Below are positions 24,942 through 35,105 of a stretch of DNA of 64,000 nucleotides, piece by piece. The DNA is taken from positions 74,991 through 138,990 of the forward strand of contig JASEGJ010000001.1 in assembly GCA_030018135.1 (NCBI GenBank). Direction: 5' to 3'. A program made the position numbers and the translations under genes. How positions within the stretch are numbered: the first letter of the stretch is position 1; every line of letters begins with the position of its first letter. Source of the DNA: Candidatus Hodarchaeaceae archaeon (GTDB lineage: Archaea > Hadarchaeota > Hadarchaeia > Hadarchaeales > Hadarchaeaceae). Under the pieces are notes generated by a model, which worked only from the letters and a program-made list of their open reading frames with translations, did not search any database and had not been told where the DNA came from.

Positions 24942-25478
24942 TTAAGGTTTTGCCACCATGACTTCCGTGGCTTTTATAACGGCCTCGACGCGGTCGCCTG
25001 TCTTGAGCTCTAGCGCTTCGGCGGCCTCCCTAGTTATGTAAGCAGTTAGTACCGCCGGCCTAACCGCAATTTTTACCTTCGCTCCAATCTCGCCCAGCTC
25101 GACCGCCTCGATCACGCCTTTAAGCCGGTTCCTGGCGGACAACTTCATGGAAATACCCTCCCAAAAGGTTTTTTCCCGCACGATCTCCTCGAGCGCTTCG
25201 TCAATCAGCCTATAATCCTTCACCAACGCCTGTCCCTGCCCAGTCAAACGCATGCCCCCACCGCGCTTGCCTCCGCGAACCGCTTCCACGACCTTGAGGC
25301 CCAGCTTTTGTTCCAGCTTGCGGATGACGCCCCACGCGTGGCGGTATGACATCCCCAGCCTGTGGGCTGCGCGGTTCAGCGATTTCTCCTCCTCGATGGC
25401 GAGCAGGAGTTCCGCCCTCCCCCCGCCAATAATCGGCTCCTCCCCGCTTTGAATCCAAAGCTTTACCTTTGGCTTCAG
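24942..25478 (-). CDS. ModE-like regulator (N-terminal wHTH + C-terminal TOBE/Mop domain); no canonical start codon upstream of conserved N-terminus
   Basis: first ATG at 25352 lies inside the conserved HTH (…LNRAAHR-MSYRHAW); in-frame upstream translation KPKVKLWIQSGEEPIIGGGRAELLLAIEEEKSL matches the ModE N-domain; only a CTG (25476-25478) precedes it. Confidence 0.6.
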   Translation of the reverse strand: MKPKVKLWIQSGEEPIIGGGRAELLLAIEEEKSLNRAAHRLGMSYRHAWGVIRKLEQKLGLKVVEAVRGGKRGGGMRLTGQGQALVKDYRLIDEALEEIVREKTFWEGISMKLSARNRLKGVIEAVELGEIGAKVKIAVRPAVLTAYITREAAEALELKTGDRVEAVIKATEVMVAKP

Positions 25479-25495
25479 CCTGCTCCTGTCGTCCC

Positions 25496-26215
25496 TCAGA
25501 GGAACCCCCCTTCCATCATCCTTTTAATCCTCGCGTCCTCGGGCCGCTTGAGGACCTCCTCCACGGTGCCCTTTGCAATTAAATTGCCATCGAGCAGGTA
25601 CGCGACACGGTCTGATAACCTTCCCGCTTGAAATAAGTTATTTGTCGCAAGGACCACAGCGGATTCCCCCCTTATTTTTTTGATCACCTCTTCTATCGCC
25701 GCAACGCTTGCTGGGTCGAGGTTGGCGGTGGGCTCGTCGAGCAGCAAAAGCTCCGGCTCGAGCGTGAGCGCTCGCGCGAGGGCTACGCGCTGTTGCTCGC
25801 CCCCCGAAAGCTTCTTTGCCGGCCTTTCCGCGTGACCCCCCATACCGACAAGGTCTAGCGCCCATCCAACCCTCCGCCTCCTCTCGCCATCCGGTCGCCC
25901 CTGAAGCTCAAGCCCATAAGCCACATTTTTATAAACAGTTGTGTCGAAGAGGGCCGTCCTCTGGAAAACCATCGTGACCTTCCCTCTCAAAACGCCGGCA
26001 TTGACATCGCCGATCTTCATCCCTTTGTAAAATATCTCCCCGCTCGTCGGTTTGTCGAGAAAGGCCATCAGTCTAAGCAGGGTCGTCTTCCCGGAGCCGT
26101 TTGGCCCGACGATTGTCAGCGCTTCTCCCTCGCGGACATCTAAGTCTACCCCCTTGAGTGCAGATATTCCATCGTACTTCTTGACGACGCCCCTGAGTTC
26201 TTCCAAGGTTGCCAT
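25496..26215 (-). CDS. ABC transporter ATP-binding protein (TupC-like, tungstate/molybdate uptake)
   Basis: Walker A GPNGSGKT, LSGGEQQR signature; in operon with TupA/TupB-like genes. Confidence 0.75.
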   Translation of the reverse strand: MATLEELRGVVKKYDGISALKGVDLDVREGEALTIVGPNGSGKTTLLRLMAFLDKPTSGEIFYKGMKIGDVNAGVLRGKVTMVFQRTALFDTTVYKNVAYGLELQGRPDGERRRRVGWALDLVGMGGHAERPAKKLSGGEQQRVALARALTLEPELLLLDEPTANLDPASVAAIEEVIKKIRGESAVVLATNNLFQAGRLSDRVAYLLDGNLIAKGTVEEVLKRPEDARIKRMMEGGFL

Positions 26216-26842
26216 TTAGTCCCTCCGTAACATATTGACCGCCAGGGTGAGGGCGAAAACTATCGCCATCAAAACGACGGCCAGCCCGATGCATAGCAAT
26301 ATCTCACCCCTCGCCGTTTCTAGGGCGATCGTCGTGGTCATGACGCGCGTGTAGCCGTATATGTTCCCACCCACCATCATCGCCACACCCAGTTCGGAAA
26401 TTGCTCGATTGAATGCGGCGACTACCGCCAGTGTGGCGCCTTTCTTCGCCTCCCTTAAAACTGCGAGGGAGGTTTGCCTCTCGGAGGCACCGAGCGTCCG
26501 CGCCAAGTCCTTGATCTCCGGGTCTACGCCCTCCAACGCGCTCGCCATGAAGCTCACGATAATCGGTGTTATCAGGATCGCCTGCCCGATAATCATCGCC
26601 GCTGGAGTGTACAAAAGGCCCAAGGGGCCGAGCGGGCCTTTCCTCGCAAATAACATGAATAGGATGAGGCCAAGCGCCACCGTCGGGATGCCCAAAAGGG
26701 CGTTAAACATCGCCCTCAGTACGCGCCTACCCACGAAGTCCCGCAGGCCGATGACCGCGGCCAACGGCAGCCCCCAGAGTACCGCCAACAAAGTCGCAGT
26801 GCCTGAAATCCAGAGCGATCGAAGGACGATGTCGAGCAACAT
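26216..26842 (-). CDS. ABC transporter permease (TupB-like)
   Basis: about 210 aa 5-6 TM permease with EAA-like loop; start trimmed to internal Met to avoid overlap with binding-protein gene. Confidence 0.7.
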   Translation of the reverse strand: MLLDIVLRSLWISGTATLLAVLWGLPLAAVIGLRDFVGRRVLRAMFNALLGIPTVALGLILFMLFARKGPLGPLGLLYTPAAMIIGQAILITPIIVSFMASALEGVDPEIKDLARTLGASERQTSLAVLREAKKGATLAVVAAFNRAISELGVAMMVGGNIYGYTRVMTTTIALETARGEILLCIGLAVVLMAIVFALTLAVNMLRRD

Positions 26843-26846
26843 CCCC

Positions 26847-27815
26847 TCACCCATAAAGCTCCTCGTGCCCACCCCTGTAGATCGGTGGACATTCGGTATT
26901 TTCAAAAAACGCGTACTCCCTGATCCAGCCAGCGATCTGCGCGTCCGCGTTCTCCTTGAGCAATTTCACGGCAGGGTAAAACAACGGTTGTCCGTATTCG
27001 TCCTTCCCGTAATCGCCGATCATCGCCTGGCCTTCGGCAGACACCAGAAATTTTATAAATGCGATCGCGCCCTCAAAATTCAGTTCGGGGTAAGTTTTTT
27101 GGCTGACCGCCATGACGCTGTAGACATTTAACAGTTCCTTCCCTTGTCCGACGAGGACACGGAGATCGATCAATCCTCGGTTTGTGTACTGGAGATAAGT
27201 GCCAACGTCAGCTAAGGTGTATGCCCTCTTCTCGCTCGCCATCCGGAGCGCCGCACCCATACCCACACCAAGTTCGATATGCCAAGGTTCCCGGCGCAAC
27301 CGGGATACATCGAATCCGGCCGCGGTCCAGAGATCCTTTTCCTTTATGTGGGTGCCGGAGTTGTCGCCGCGGGAGATCCAAGTTGTTAAACCAGCTCTCC
27401 CGGCCTCGGCTATTTTTCTAAGCGCCTCGATCGGCGGCAAGTCCTTAATGCCAACCGGATCTTCAAGGGGACCAGTTATTGCGAAGAAATTGTAAGCTAT
27501 TATTTTTCGAACCATGCCCAAGTTATCCTCCATGAACTGAAATTCCGCAGATGGCGCGTGTACCAGCAAAACATCGGCCTCCCCCATCTTGGCTTGATAG
27601 ATCGCCTGCCCCGTGCCGACTGGGATTAAAAGGATCTTTGTGTTATACTCCTCTTCGTAATATTTTCCGATGAAATCCAGAAGGCCGGTGTCATACAAGC
27701 TTGTTGTAGTTGCAACTTTTAGCTTCGGTTTTCCCCTCTGCCATAGTTCAACGTACCCGACCGCTGCGATGCTGCATAAAACCAACGCTATTGAAACAAA
27801 GGTAATCTTCTTCAT
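26847..27815 (-). CDS. tungstate/molybdate ABC substrate-binding protein (TupA/WtpA type)
   Basis: signal/anchor peptide, VATTTSLYDTGLLDFI motif characteristic of TupA-family oxyanion-binding proteins. Confidence 0.7.
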   Translation of the reverse strand: MKKITFVSIALVLCSIAAVGYVELWQRGKPKLKVATTTSLYDTGLLDFIGKYYEEEYNTKILLIPVGTGQAIYQAKMGEADVLLVHAPSAEFQFMEDNLGMVRKIIAYNFFAITGPLEDPVGIKDLPPIEALRKIAEAGRAGLTTWISRGDNSGTHIKEKDLWTAAGFDVSRLRREPWHIELGVGMGAALRMASEKRAYTLADVGTYLQYTNRGLIDLRVLVGQGKELLNVYSVMAVSQKTYPELNFEGAIAFIKFLVSAEGQAMIGDYGKDEYGQPLFYPAVKLLKENADAQIAGWIREYAFFENTECPPIYRGGHEELYG

Positions 27816-27884
27816 GTTCCCCGATATTTAAATCGTTATGTCTTTATAAGCATAACGATAAACCAGCGCAAATATCCAGATCCC

Positions 27885-28724
27885 CTAAGTCCCGATTCGA
27901 ACCTTTTCGGTTAGATTGCGCAGCATCCTAACCGCGGATAGGGCCGCGAGGTAGCTTGTCCTCGGGTTATCCGGCGAGGGTACGTTTCGCGCCTCCGTGA
28001 CGAACTCTCCCGCTGTGCCCCGAACCCTGACCTCGTGCACGTTGAGCCTTAGCGATGGATCTGCGACTATCCTCACCTTGGTCTTGTCGAATCCGATCCC
28101 CGCCAAGCTCAAGGTCGCCGCGACGTTGACGCTCTCTGGAAATGCCTTGACCGCCTCTCGCGCTGGCCCCTCGAAGACGACCAGCGGCTCCCGTAGGTTG
28201 GTCAGATCCAAGCCGCGCTCCCGCACGTACGGGCTATAAGTCAAGACGGAGGGAGGTTTTCGCGTCGTCAAAATTGCCTCGTTGATGCCCTCGAGCTGTG
28301 CCGCCTTAACGCCGTCTATGCCCAAGATCGCCCCAGAGGGTACGTGGACCGAGCGCCCAGTTCGTTCGGTGACTTCCCGAACGCCCCTGAGCAGTTCTTC
28401 ATCCCCAAATGCGCCAACACTCATCACCATAAGGTCCTTGCCCGACCTTATGACATCGAGCGCATACTGGGCAACCGCCCCCTGCGAGGCCGCCTCGATG
28501 ACCAGATCGACGGACCCATCGGCACATATCTCGGCTAGGCCCTTTGCTATTCTCGGCCTCGAGCGCAACTTTTCGGAAAGTGCCTTAGATTTCTCAGGCT
28601 TCAGGTCGTACAGCCAAGCTAGTTCCACCTCGCCAGCCCTGCCACTGTCGATGGCCCTTGCCAGTACCGTGCCTATCGCGCCGCAACCGATAAGCGCAGC
28701 CCTCAAGCTTAACGCCCAAACCAT
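27885..28724 (-). CDS. nadX: L-aspartate dehydrogenase
   Basis: Rossmann GCGAIG N-terminus, Asp-DH C-terminal domain (TM1643 family); adjacent to nadA/nadC. Confidence 0.75.
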   Translation of the reverse strand: MVWALSLRAALIGCGAIGTVLARAIDSGRAGEVELAWLYDLKPEKSKALSEKLRSRPRIAKGLAEICADGSVDLVIEAASQGAVAQYALDVIRSGKDLMVMSVGAFGDEELLRGVREVTERTGRSVHVPSGAILGIDGVKAAQLEGINEAILTTRKPPSVLTYSPYVRERGLDLTNLREPLVVFEGPAREAVKAFPESVNVAATLSLAGIGFDKTKVRIVADPSLRLNVHEVRVRGTAGEFVTEARNVPSPDNPRTSYLAALSAVRMLRNLTEKVRIGT

Positions 28725-28779
28725 TTTATGAAGCCTAAAAGTTAAGTTAACTTTTCCCTTGTGGTAGCTTTCGGATTCG

Positions 28780-30208
28780 TTACTCAGATGGATTCTCGCC
28801 CTGCTCCATCAACTGTATGTATGGCTTCAACTTCCTCTCCATCAGCCTGATTATAAAGCCCTTTATCAGAAATCCCTGCAGGGGGTTCTTTCTGAAGTGG
28901 TCGCGCGCGAGCTCGGTGACCCACCTGAAATCGTGCTTCATGCACGCCGCGAGCAACATCCAGTGCTCCGGCAGCATGTCCTTCGCCCTAAAAAATCTCT
29001 CCCCTTGCATGGTCCCTATGGGGACAAAAAACAGCGGGACGATCAGGGATTTATATTCCCTGAGGCTTTCCACTAGCTCTATGGTTTCGACTACATCACT
29101 TGCTGTTTCGTCGGGAAACCCCATGATGAGCGTTGAACACGGGACCCAGTGGTTCTCCCTTAGCAATTTATGGGCTTCCAGCACGAGTTCCGGCCATTCC
29201 TGAGGCCTGAAGGGCGCCGCCTTGCCCCGCATGTATTTTTCCGCAATCCTCCGGGATCCCGTCTCTATCCCAACCTGCCCCGAGACCCAAGGTTTCTGCT
29301 TCGAGCCGAGATTCAGCAGCTCGGAGAGGTCCCTTATTAGGTTCGGTTTTGCCATCGCGGAGGCAAAGGCGAAGTGGGAAAAGCTAACATCCTTCTCCAG
29401 CCTTGAGACTCCCGCGAACAATTTTCAGCACCTTCCTTTCATCGGGGATCGCACCCCTAGCCCCATACCTCAGAACATCCTCGGCATGCAGCAATACGCC
29501 GAGTCCAGCAGCGACGTTTACTTTTACTTCTTCCAATATCCTCTCGATCGGCCTACACCTGAAGTTCAATAGCGTCGGGTTGCAGAATTTACAGCCCCTC
29601 CCGCAACCCCTAGCGATCTCGACGAGGCCGTTGATCGTCGGATTCCTTATTGATGGGATTTGGTCCAGGGGAACGACTTCCCCTTGGACGATCCTCGGAA
29701 GCTCGTCGCCGTTTAATGCTTTTTCGAAAACCTTAACCGCGGTTATCTCGCCCTCCCCCACGACGACGCAATCGATGTCAAATTTCGCGATTATCCTCTC
29801 GTCTGCCAGTTGCCAAGCTCCGGGTCCTCCCACAATGACCTTTAATTTATTTTTTCTGATCACCGGATCCGTAATCAACTTCCTGAAATAAATCGCGGAG
29901 TATGTCTCCCTCCCCGTTAAATCGGCGAAAGTGGTGGATGCGGGGCCTAGCCCGAGAGGGTCATTCGTCGTAATGCCAATGGCCTTCGTTTTCCCGTTTA
30001 TGACTTTATCAAGGTGCTCGGGATGCGCGACGGCAACGTCAAAGTCCTTCTCCAATAAGGCTGCCTCTATCTTTCTGGTCCCGGTCGGTGCGCAGGTCGC
30101 CTCCCCATTTTTTTTGAGGAATTGGCGGGCTGAATATGAGCTTGTAAACCCACCCGGGCACGATTTTTGGGGAACAAGCGGCGAAGCCCAAGAACTCGCT
30201 CCCGCCAT
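28780..30208 (-). pseudogene. B12-binding-domain radical SAM protein disrupted by a frameshift (two overlapping ORFs 29384-30208 and 28780-29421)
   Basis: upstream ORF has B12-binding domain + CGRGCKFC (Cx3Cx2C) and stops about 60 aa later; downstream ORF in another frame carries the rest of the radical SAM barrel (GIETGS, IMGFPDET). Confidence 0.55.
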
Positions 30209-30328
30209 AATCAGACAGGAGAGCGCGATCTGCGGTTAAAACTATCTCGGTCACGGTCCCGCCTCTCAAATTTATATGCAAAAAAATTTACATAAGGGCC
30301 CACAGGAAGGGGCATCCTAGAGTTACTC

Positions 30329-30580
30329 ATGAGGACAAGGGAAAAACTTTCGGTTAGCGAAATAACCGCGTGCATCAATAGGTCAGAGAGAGCCGTCAGA
30401 GCCCACCTAAAAAGTCTTTTCAACTTGGGCCTCGTGTGCAGGGAGGGCAGCGCCACTAAGCACGGAAAGATCGCCCATCGATACTTTGTGCCCAAAACCA
30501 AGGACATGATAAAATCTGCGAGGAAGGAGATGCTCAAGCGCCTGCGCAACTTGGAAAAATTGGTGAGGGGCGCGAAGTGA
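30329..30580 (+). CDS. small winged-helix transcriptional regulator
   Basis: 83 aa, HTH-like core (SVSEITACINRSERAVRAHLKSL), divergent from radical SAM gene. Confidence 0.5.
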   Translation: MRTREKLSVSEITACINRSERAVRAHLKSLFNLGLVCREGSATKHGKIAHRYFVPKTKDMIKSARKEMLKRLRNLEKLVRGAK

Positions 30581-30598
30581 GATCAAGAGCGATCAGCT

Positions 30599-32880
30599 AT
30601 GAACCCCATAGACAAAATTGCTAAACTTTGCGAAAGGAGGCCCCATCTCGTCATCGCTACCGTGGCAATTGTCACTTTGCTCCTCCTTCCGGGAATCCCA
30701 AAAATTACCACCGAAACTAAAATGGAAACGTTCATACCCAAAGACTATCCATCGATAATGGCCCTTTCCGATGTGGAGAAAACATTTGGCGGGATGCGAT
30801 ACGAATCCATCTTGGTTGAGACAAAAAATGGCAAGGTAACAGATGCCGGTGCCATAAAATCGCTACTTGGCCTGCAACGAAAAATCCTTGTAGAACCCGC
30901 TTTGAAAGGGTATGCTGTCGAAGTCGAAAGCTATCTAAATTATCTTTTCCCATATATCATGGAAGATAACCAGCTACTGCCCGATGATGAACTTGAGCTG
31001 GCCGTGCAATCCTTTCTTTCCGGGCCGAGCGGCGCAAGTGTGGTCGGTCGATGGATAACCCCAGATCAAAAAATCTGCTTAATGAATGTAAACGTGGGGG
31101 CACACCTAAAATCGCGCGAAGCTGTGGAGAAAACTCAGTATTTTGAGAACTTGGTCAAAAGCTACGCGGCTGAGCATGGGATTTTTGATGCATCTATTAC
31201 GGGCGGGTACTCGACCTCCAGAGATATGCAAAAAATTATCGAAGAGGACAACCGAGTCTTGTTGCCCGCTGCTGTGGCAATGATCATCGCAATTTTGGCG
31301 TTAGCATTTCGTCGCGTTACCGATGTCGTTTTACCGTTTGTAGTCATTGCCCTAGCGGCGATATGAGTCCTCGGTATGATGGGCCATTTAGGCATCGTAT
31401 TCACGACCGTAGCCGTCGCGGTCCTCCCCCTCTTAATGGGGATAAGCATTGCCTACACTATACACATCATCAGCCGCTACAACGAGGAGAGGTCGAATGG
31501 TAAAAATGCGGGCGAGGCCGCCGTATCGAGCATAAAGAACATGGGCACTGCCGTATTCCTAACGGCTGCGACGACCGCCATAGGCTTTGCCTCCTGGCTT
31601 ATCTCGGACCTGCCGCCGCTCCGCGATTTCGGCCTGCTCTGCATGTTGGGTATAATGTTCAGCTTTGCCCTCACCGTAACGCTACTGCCGGCGTTTTTGG
31701 TCATTCGAGACGGGAAAAAAGGGACCAAGAAAACCAAGGGGACGCAAAGGCTGGGCAGGTCGGCGCTGGACAGGGGATTAGTGAGGATCGCGACAATGAC
31801 CAAACTTCACCCCAAGGGGGTTGTCGCAGTAGCTGGCGCGCTCACGGCAGTTGCGCTGGTCCTGACAACTCAAACTACTACTGCCATCTCATTTGAGGAA
31901 CTCCTGCCAAGCGGGGTCGAATCAATCAGGACCAGCGATGAAATCAGGCAAAATTTCGGCGGTCAGGATCTCATCATGGTTCTGGTCAGGGGCGACGCGA
32001 CCGATCCCAAAGTCCTCGAGACGATGGTATGGCTGGAACAGCATGTTCGCTTGGATAACAGAAATGTTAAAGGCGAGAGGGTTTACATAACGCGCGCGTA
32101 CAGCGTTGCCGACATGGTGTTGATGGCCAGCGCAGGCGCCATACCGCGGACCTCGCAGGAGGTGGCAGCGATCCTTGAAAACCTCAGGCACCAAACACCC
32201 CACGTCGACAGGCTCGTGACCTCCGATAATAACAAAACCATCGCGCTGTTCCACTGCGACGCCCGAAGCGATGCGGAGCTTAAGCTCACCGCCGACATCG
32301 TCAGAGATTGGATCGGCCAGTTGCCTGATAACAGAGCCGAATTCGTGGCCACCGGGACGCCAGTCGTGGCCGCGGATCTGCTCTCGAAAATACCGCAGGA
32401 TGCCCTTAACACCACTATGATGGCGCTCGCCCTATGCGCGGTGGTGCTGTGCATCGTGTTTAAGAGCATTGGAATGGGCTTAATTGCCATGGTGCCGATG
32501 GGTTTGGCACTGACGTGGCAGTTCGGCACATTTTACCTGCTCGATGTCCCCCTTAACGTGATCACGGTGCTGATCTCCGCTCTCCTCGTAGGCATCGGCA
32601 TAGACTTCTCAATCCATACTACCCACCGCTATCTGGAGGGGGTGAGAGATCGCCAGCTTAAACCGGAGGGGGCTGTGCACGCTACCGTGCTCCACGTTGG
32701 CAGGGCGCTCCTAGCAGCTGCTGCGACCACCTGCGGTGCCTTCGGTTTGCTTGCGCTCTCGAGGGTGCCAATAATGAGACCTTCGGCAGCATGACAGCGC
32801 TCGCGATACTCTACTGCATGCTCGCGGCGCTGCTGGTTTTGCCCTCGCTACTTGTCGCCTATGCGGGACGGAGGATGGTT
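30599..32880 (+). pseudogene. MMPL/RND-superfamily transporter interrupted by in-frame TGA (31367-31369) and a frameshift near 32780
   Basis: ORFs 30599-31366 and 31376-32794 share one frame and read through TM helices (…VVIALAAI*VLGMMGHLGIVF…); the authentic C-terminal TM helix (FGSMTALAILYCMLAALLVLPSLLVAYAGRRMVN) is encoded in a different frame after 32784. Confidence 0.55.
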
Positions 32881-33338
32881 AACTAATAGAATGGAAGCAA
32901 AGTAATCGGCGATGCTATTAAGAAGATCAAGAGTGCTCCCATAACTACCATGGCCACTCGTATGGACTTTTCTATATTCTTGTTCACTATCCCGCCACAT
33001 ATCAACATGCCAACGAGAAATACTGTGCCCAGATCGCTAAATACCGTGGACGCCTTCCAAGCTGTTTCCCCTGCCCCCAAATAGAGAAATCAACCTGCCT
33101 ATCCATAGCAAAAATATGCCAAATACTGCGCCTACAGCAATGGCTGTTTCAGAGAACGTCGTTGCAACCATCATTGAAATTAGCGAGGGCGCCTGTTGCA
33201 CCTTCGGCTCACGTCTTCTTTCCACATTTTCAACCCCAAGACTTGATACTTAAACAGTAAAAAGATGGGTATAAATCCTTTGGAGCTTCGGACAAGTGCC
33301 CTACGCCTTATCCTTTCGCGAGTTTTCCTGATTTTTAC

Positions 33339-33461
33339 TGGTGGGGTCGCTGGGATTCGAACCCAGGTCCCTGGCTTTTTTGCCCGACCTTGTCCCATTT
33401 GGCAGACCATTGAGAACTTGATCTTAAGCCAGAAGGATAGGCCAAGCTACCCCACGACCCC
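33339..33461 (-). tRNA. tRNA gene with about 45-nt insertion (intron) in anticodon region and encoded CCA; isotype unresolved
   Basis: acceptor GGGGTCG/CGACCCC + A + CCA, D-loop AGCTTGGCCT, T-arm CTGGG-TTCGAAT-CCCAG, anticodon stem CTGGC...GCCAG separated by about 52 nt; no canonical anticodon loop could be assembled by hand. Confidence 0.5.
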
Positions 33462-33492
33462 AAAAAAACAGGTGATAAAAAGGATAAAAATT

Positions 33493-33807
33493 CTATGGGG
33501 GCCTTGAAATCCTCGCCAAGGGGCCACGCTTGTCGGCGCGCTTGAAGCCATAGCGTTCGTACCGAGCGACTCGTCCCTCGAAAACTTCCGCGACGACCTC
33601 GAAGCCCTTGAAATCGACCAAGATTCGTTCGAGGAGGGCGCTTCCTATCCCCCTGCCCCTCTCGCCGTTGCTCACGTTGATGCTGCGCAGTAGCGCGGTC
33701 CCGTTAGGCCGAAGCGCTACGGTGGCACCAGCTATCACTTTGCTACCGTACTCGTCCCATAGGATGTATTGACACATGCCCCCAGAGTCCATGCGCTCAA
33801 TTCGCAT
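33493..33807 (-). CDS. GNAT-family N-acetyltransferase (small)
   Basis: 104 aa; RGRGIGSALL acetyl-CoA binding motif. Confidence 0.65.
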   Translation of the reverse strand: MRIERMDSGGMCQYILWDEYGSKVIAGATVALRPNGTALLRSINVSNGERGRGIGSALLERILVDFKGFEVVAEVFEGRVARYERYGFKRADKRGPLARISRPP

Positions 33808-33883
33808 TTGGGTTCCCCATTCTAATTGCGAGGCGTCCTATAAACTTTTAGCCGCCAAGCAATGAACTGCCCTGAGGAATTGC

Positions 33884-34486
33884 ATGGGGAGGCTTAGGCA
33901 CATAGCGATCGAACTCAGGGATCACGCGCCTTTTACGGCGTTCGGGGCTTCGTCGGGCGCAGCCATAGCGGGCGCGATGTACTTACCTCGCGCGGAGACC
34001 ATGATCGACCTGTCCTGGAAAGCATTTCACATCTTCCACCCACTCCACTTGCTGTTGAGCGCGATTGTGACGGCGGCGATGTTTAGGCGTCACGGGGGCG
34101 GGATCTTAAGCGCCGTGAGCATTGGTGCTGCCGGCTCCGTGGGGATATGTATGATGAGCGATGTGGTCATTCCGTACCTGGGGGGCTCGTTGTTGGGCGT
34201 GGAGATGACGCTGCACATCGACCTATTGGAGCACCCGCAATTCGTCGTCGTCCCAATCTTGGCAGGTGCGGCAATCGGCGCAGCTACGAGGCTCTGGACC
34301 AGGTGTCCTCATGCTGCGCACGTGATGATAAGCACCCTGGCATCGCTCTTCTATCTCACCGCCTTTGGGGTGGCGGATTGGATCCCCAAGCTCCCATTTG
34401 TGTTTGTGTTGCTGTTCGTGGCGGTTTGGTTGCCGTGTTGCACGAGCGACATAGTCTTCCCCCTTTCATTCGCGAAGAGGTTTTGA
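33884..34486 (+). CDS. hypothetical polytopic membrane protein (possibly frameshifted; C-terminal soluble part may continue in ORF 34147-34731)
   Basis: 200 aa with 5-6 hydrophobic helices; overlapping ORF continues 245 nt past the stop with protein-like sequence. Confidence 0.4.
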   Translation: MGRLRHIAIELRDHAPFTAFGASSGAAIAGAMYLPRAETMIDLSWKAFHIFHPLHLLLSAIVTAAMFRRHGGGILSAVSIGAAGSVGICMMSDVVIPYLGGSLLGVEMTLHIDLLEHPQFVVVPILAGAAIGAATRLWTRCPHAAHVMISTLASLFYLTAFGVADWIPKLPFVFVLLFVAVWLPCCTSDIVFPLSFAKRF

Positions 34487-34817
34487 GGGCGCTGCTGAAG
34501 GAGGGCCTGCCAGATGGATGGGGGATAGATGTATCCATCCTCATCGAGACCAAGATGCTGGGCTTCGCGATCAAGGAGATTTTCCTGGGGTCGAAGCAGC
34601 ACCGCTCCTACCTTGATTACGAGAAGGATGTGGGCGAGCTCGGGCGGATGAGCGAACAGGTGGCGGTCGCTATACTGCAGAAGGCGAAGAAGTACGATAG
34701 GATCGATAACATGGATGAGATACTCACGTAGCTTCGGAACTCCATGGCCGGGGTGTTCCCGTGCCACGACTTCGATCCCCAACAGGATGACCGTTACCGT
34801 TTCTGAACCGTGGGCGA

Positions 34818-34925
34818 TGGAGCCCCGGGTGGGCTTTGAACCCACGACCTACTGATCGCTTGCCGCCTGGTTACAAGTTTCGACAGCTCACCTTCAGTCG
34901 CTCTACCAGGCTGAGCTACCGGGGC
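34818..34925 (-). tRNA. tRNA gene with about 31-nt insertion in anticodon loop region, encoded CCA; isotype unresolved
   Basis: acceptor GCCCCGG/CCGGGGC + T + CCA, D-arm GCTC-AGCCTGGTA-GAGC, anticodon stem ACTGA...TCAGT, variable AGGTC, T-arm GTGGG-TTCAAAG-CCCAC. Confidence 0.55.
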
Positions 34926-35105
34926 CCAAATAATAACTAAATTTTCAAGTTAATTTTCGTTTCCCTCATGCCCTCAAACTGGCGATGCCTCATGCTCACA
35001 AATCTACCGTCCCCCTGGCTCTCAACTTGCCAACAATGAAATTTTTGCACGATCGGCGTGCTATACCGAGCAGCAATAATTGGCGCCAATCGACAAAAGA
35101 CGGGG

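Noticed and set aside
31367-31369. In-frame TGA in the MMPL gene as selenocysteine or programmed readthrough
   Set aside because: Position is inside a TM helix with no Cys homolog context or SECIS-like hairpin noted. TGA terminates other genes here. A second independent frameshift in the same gene favours pseudogenisation.
33339-33461. tRNA-Leu(TAA) reading (stem TCTGG/CCAGG, loop CTTAAAG)
   Set aside because: It would leave a 3-nt variable loop, whereas Leu tRNAs are class II with a long variable arm. Isotype left unresolved.
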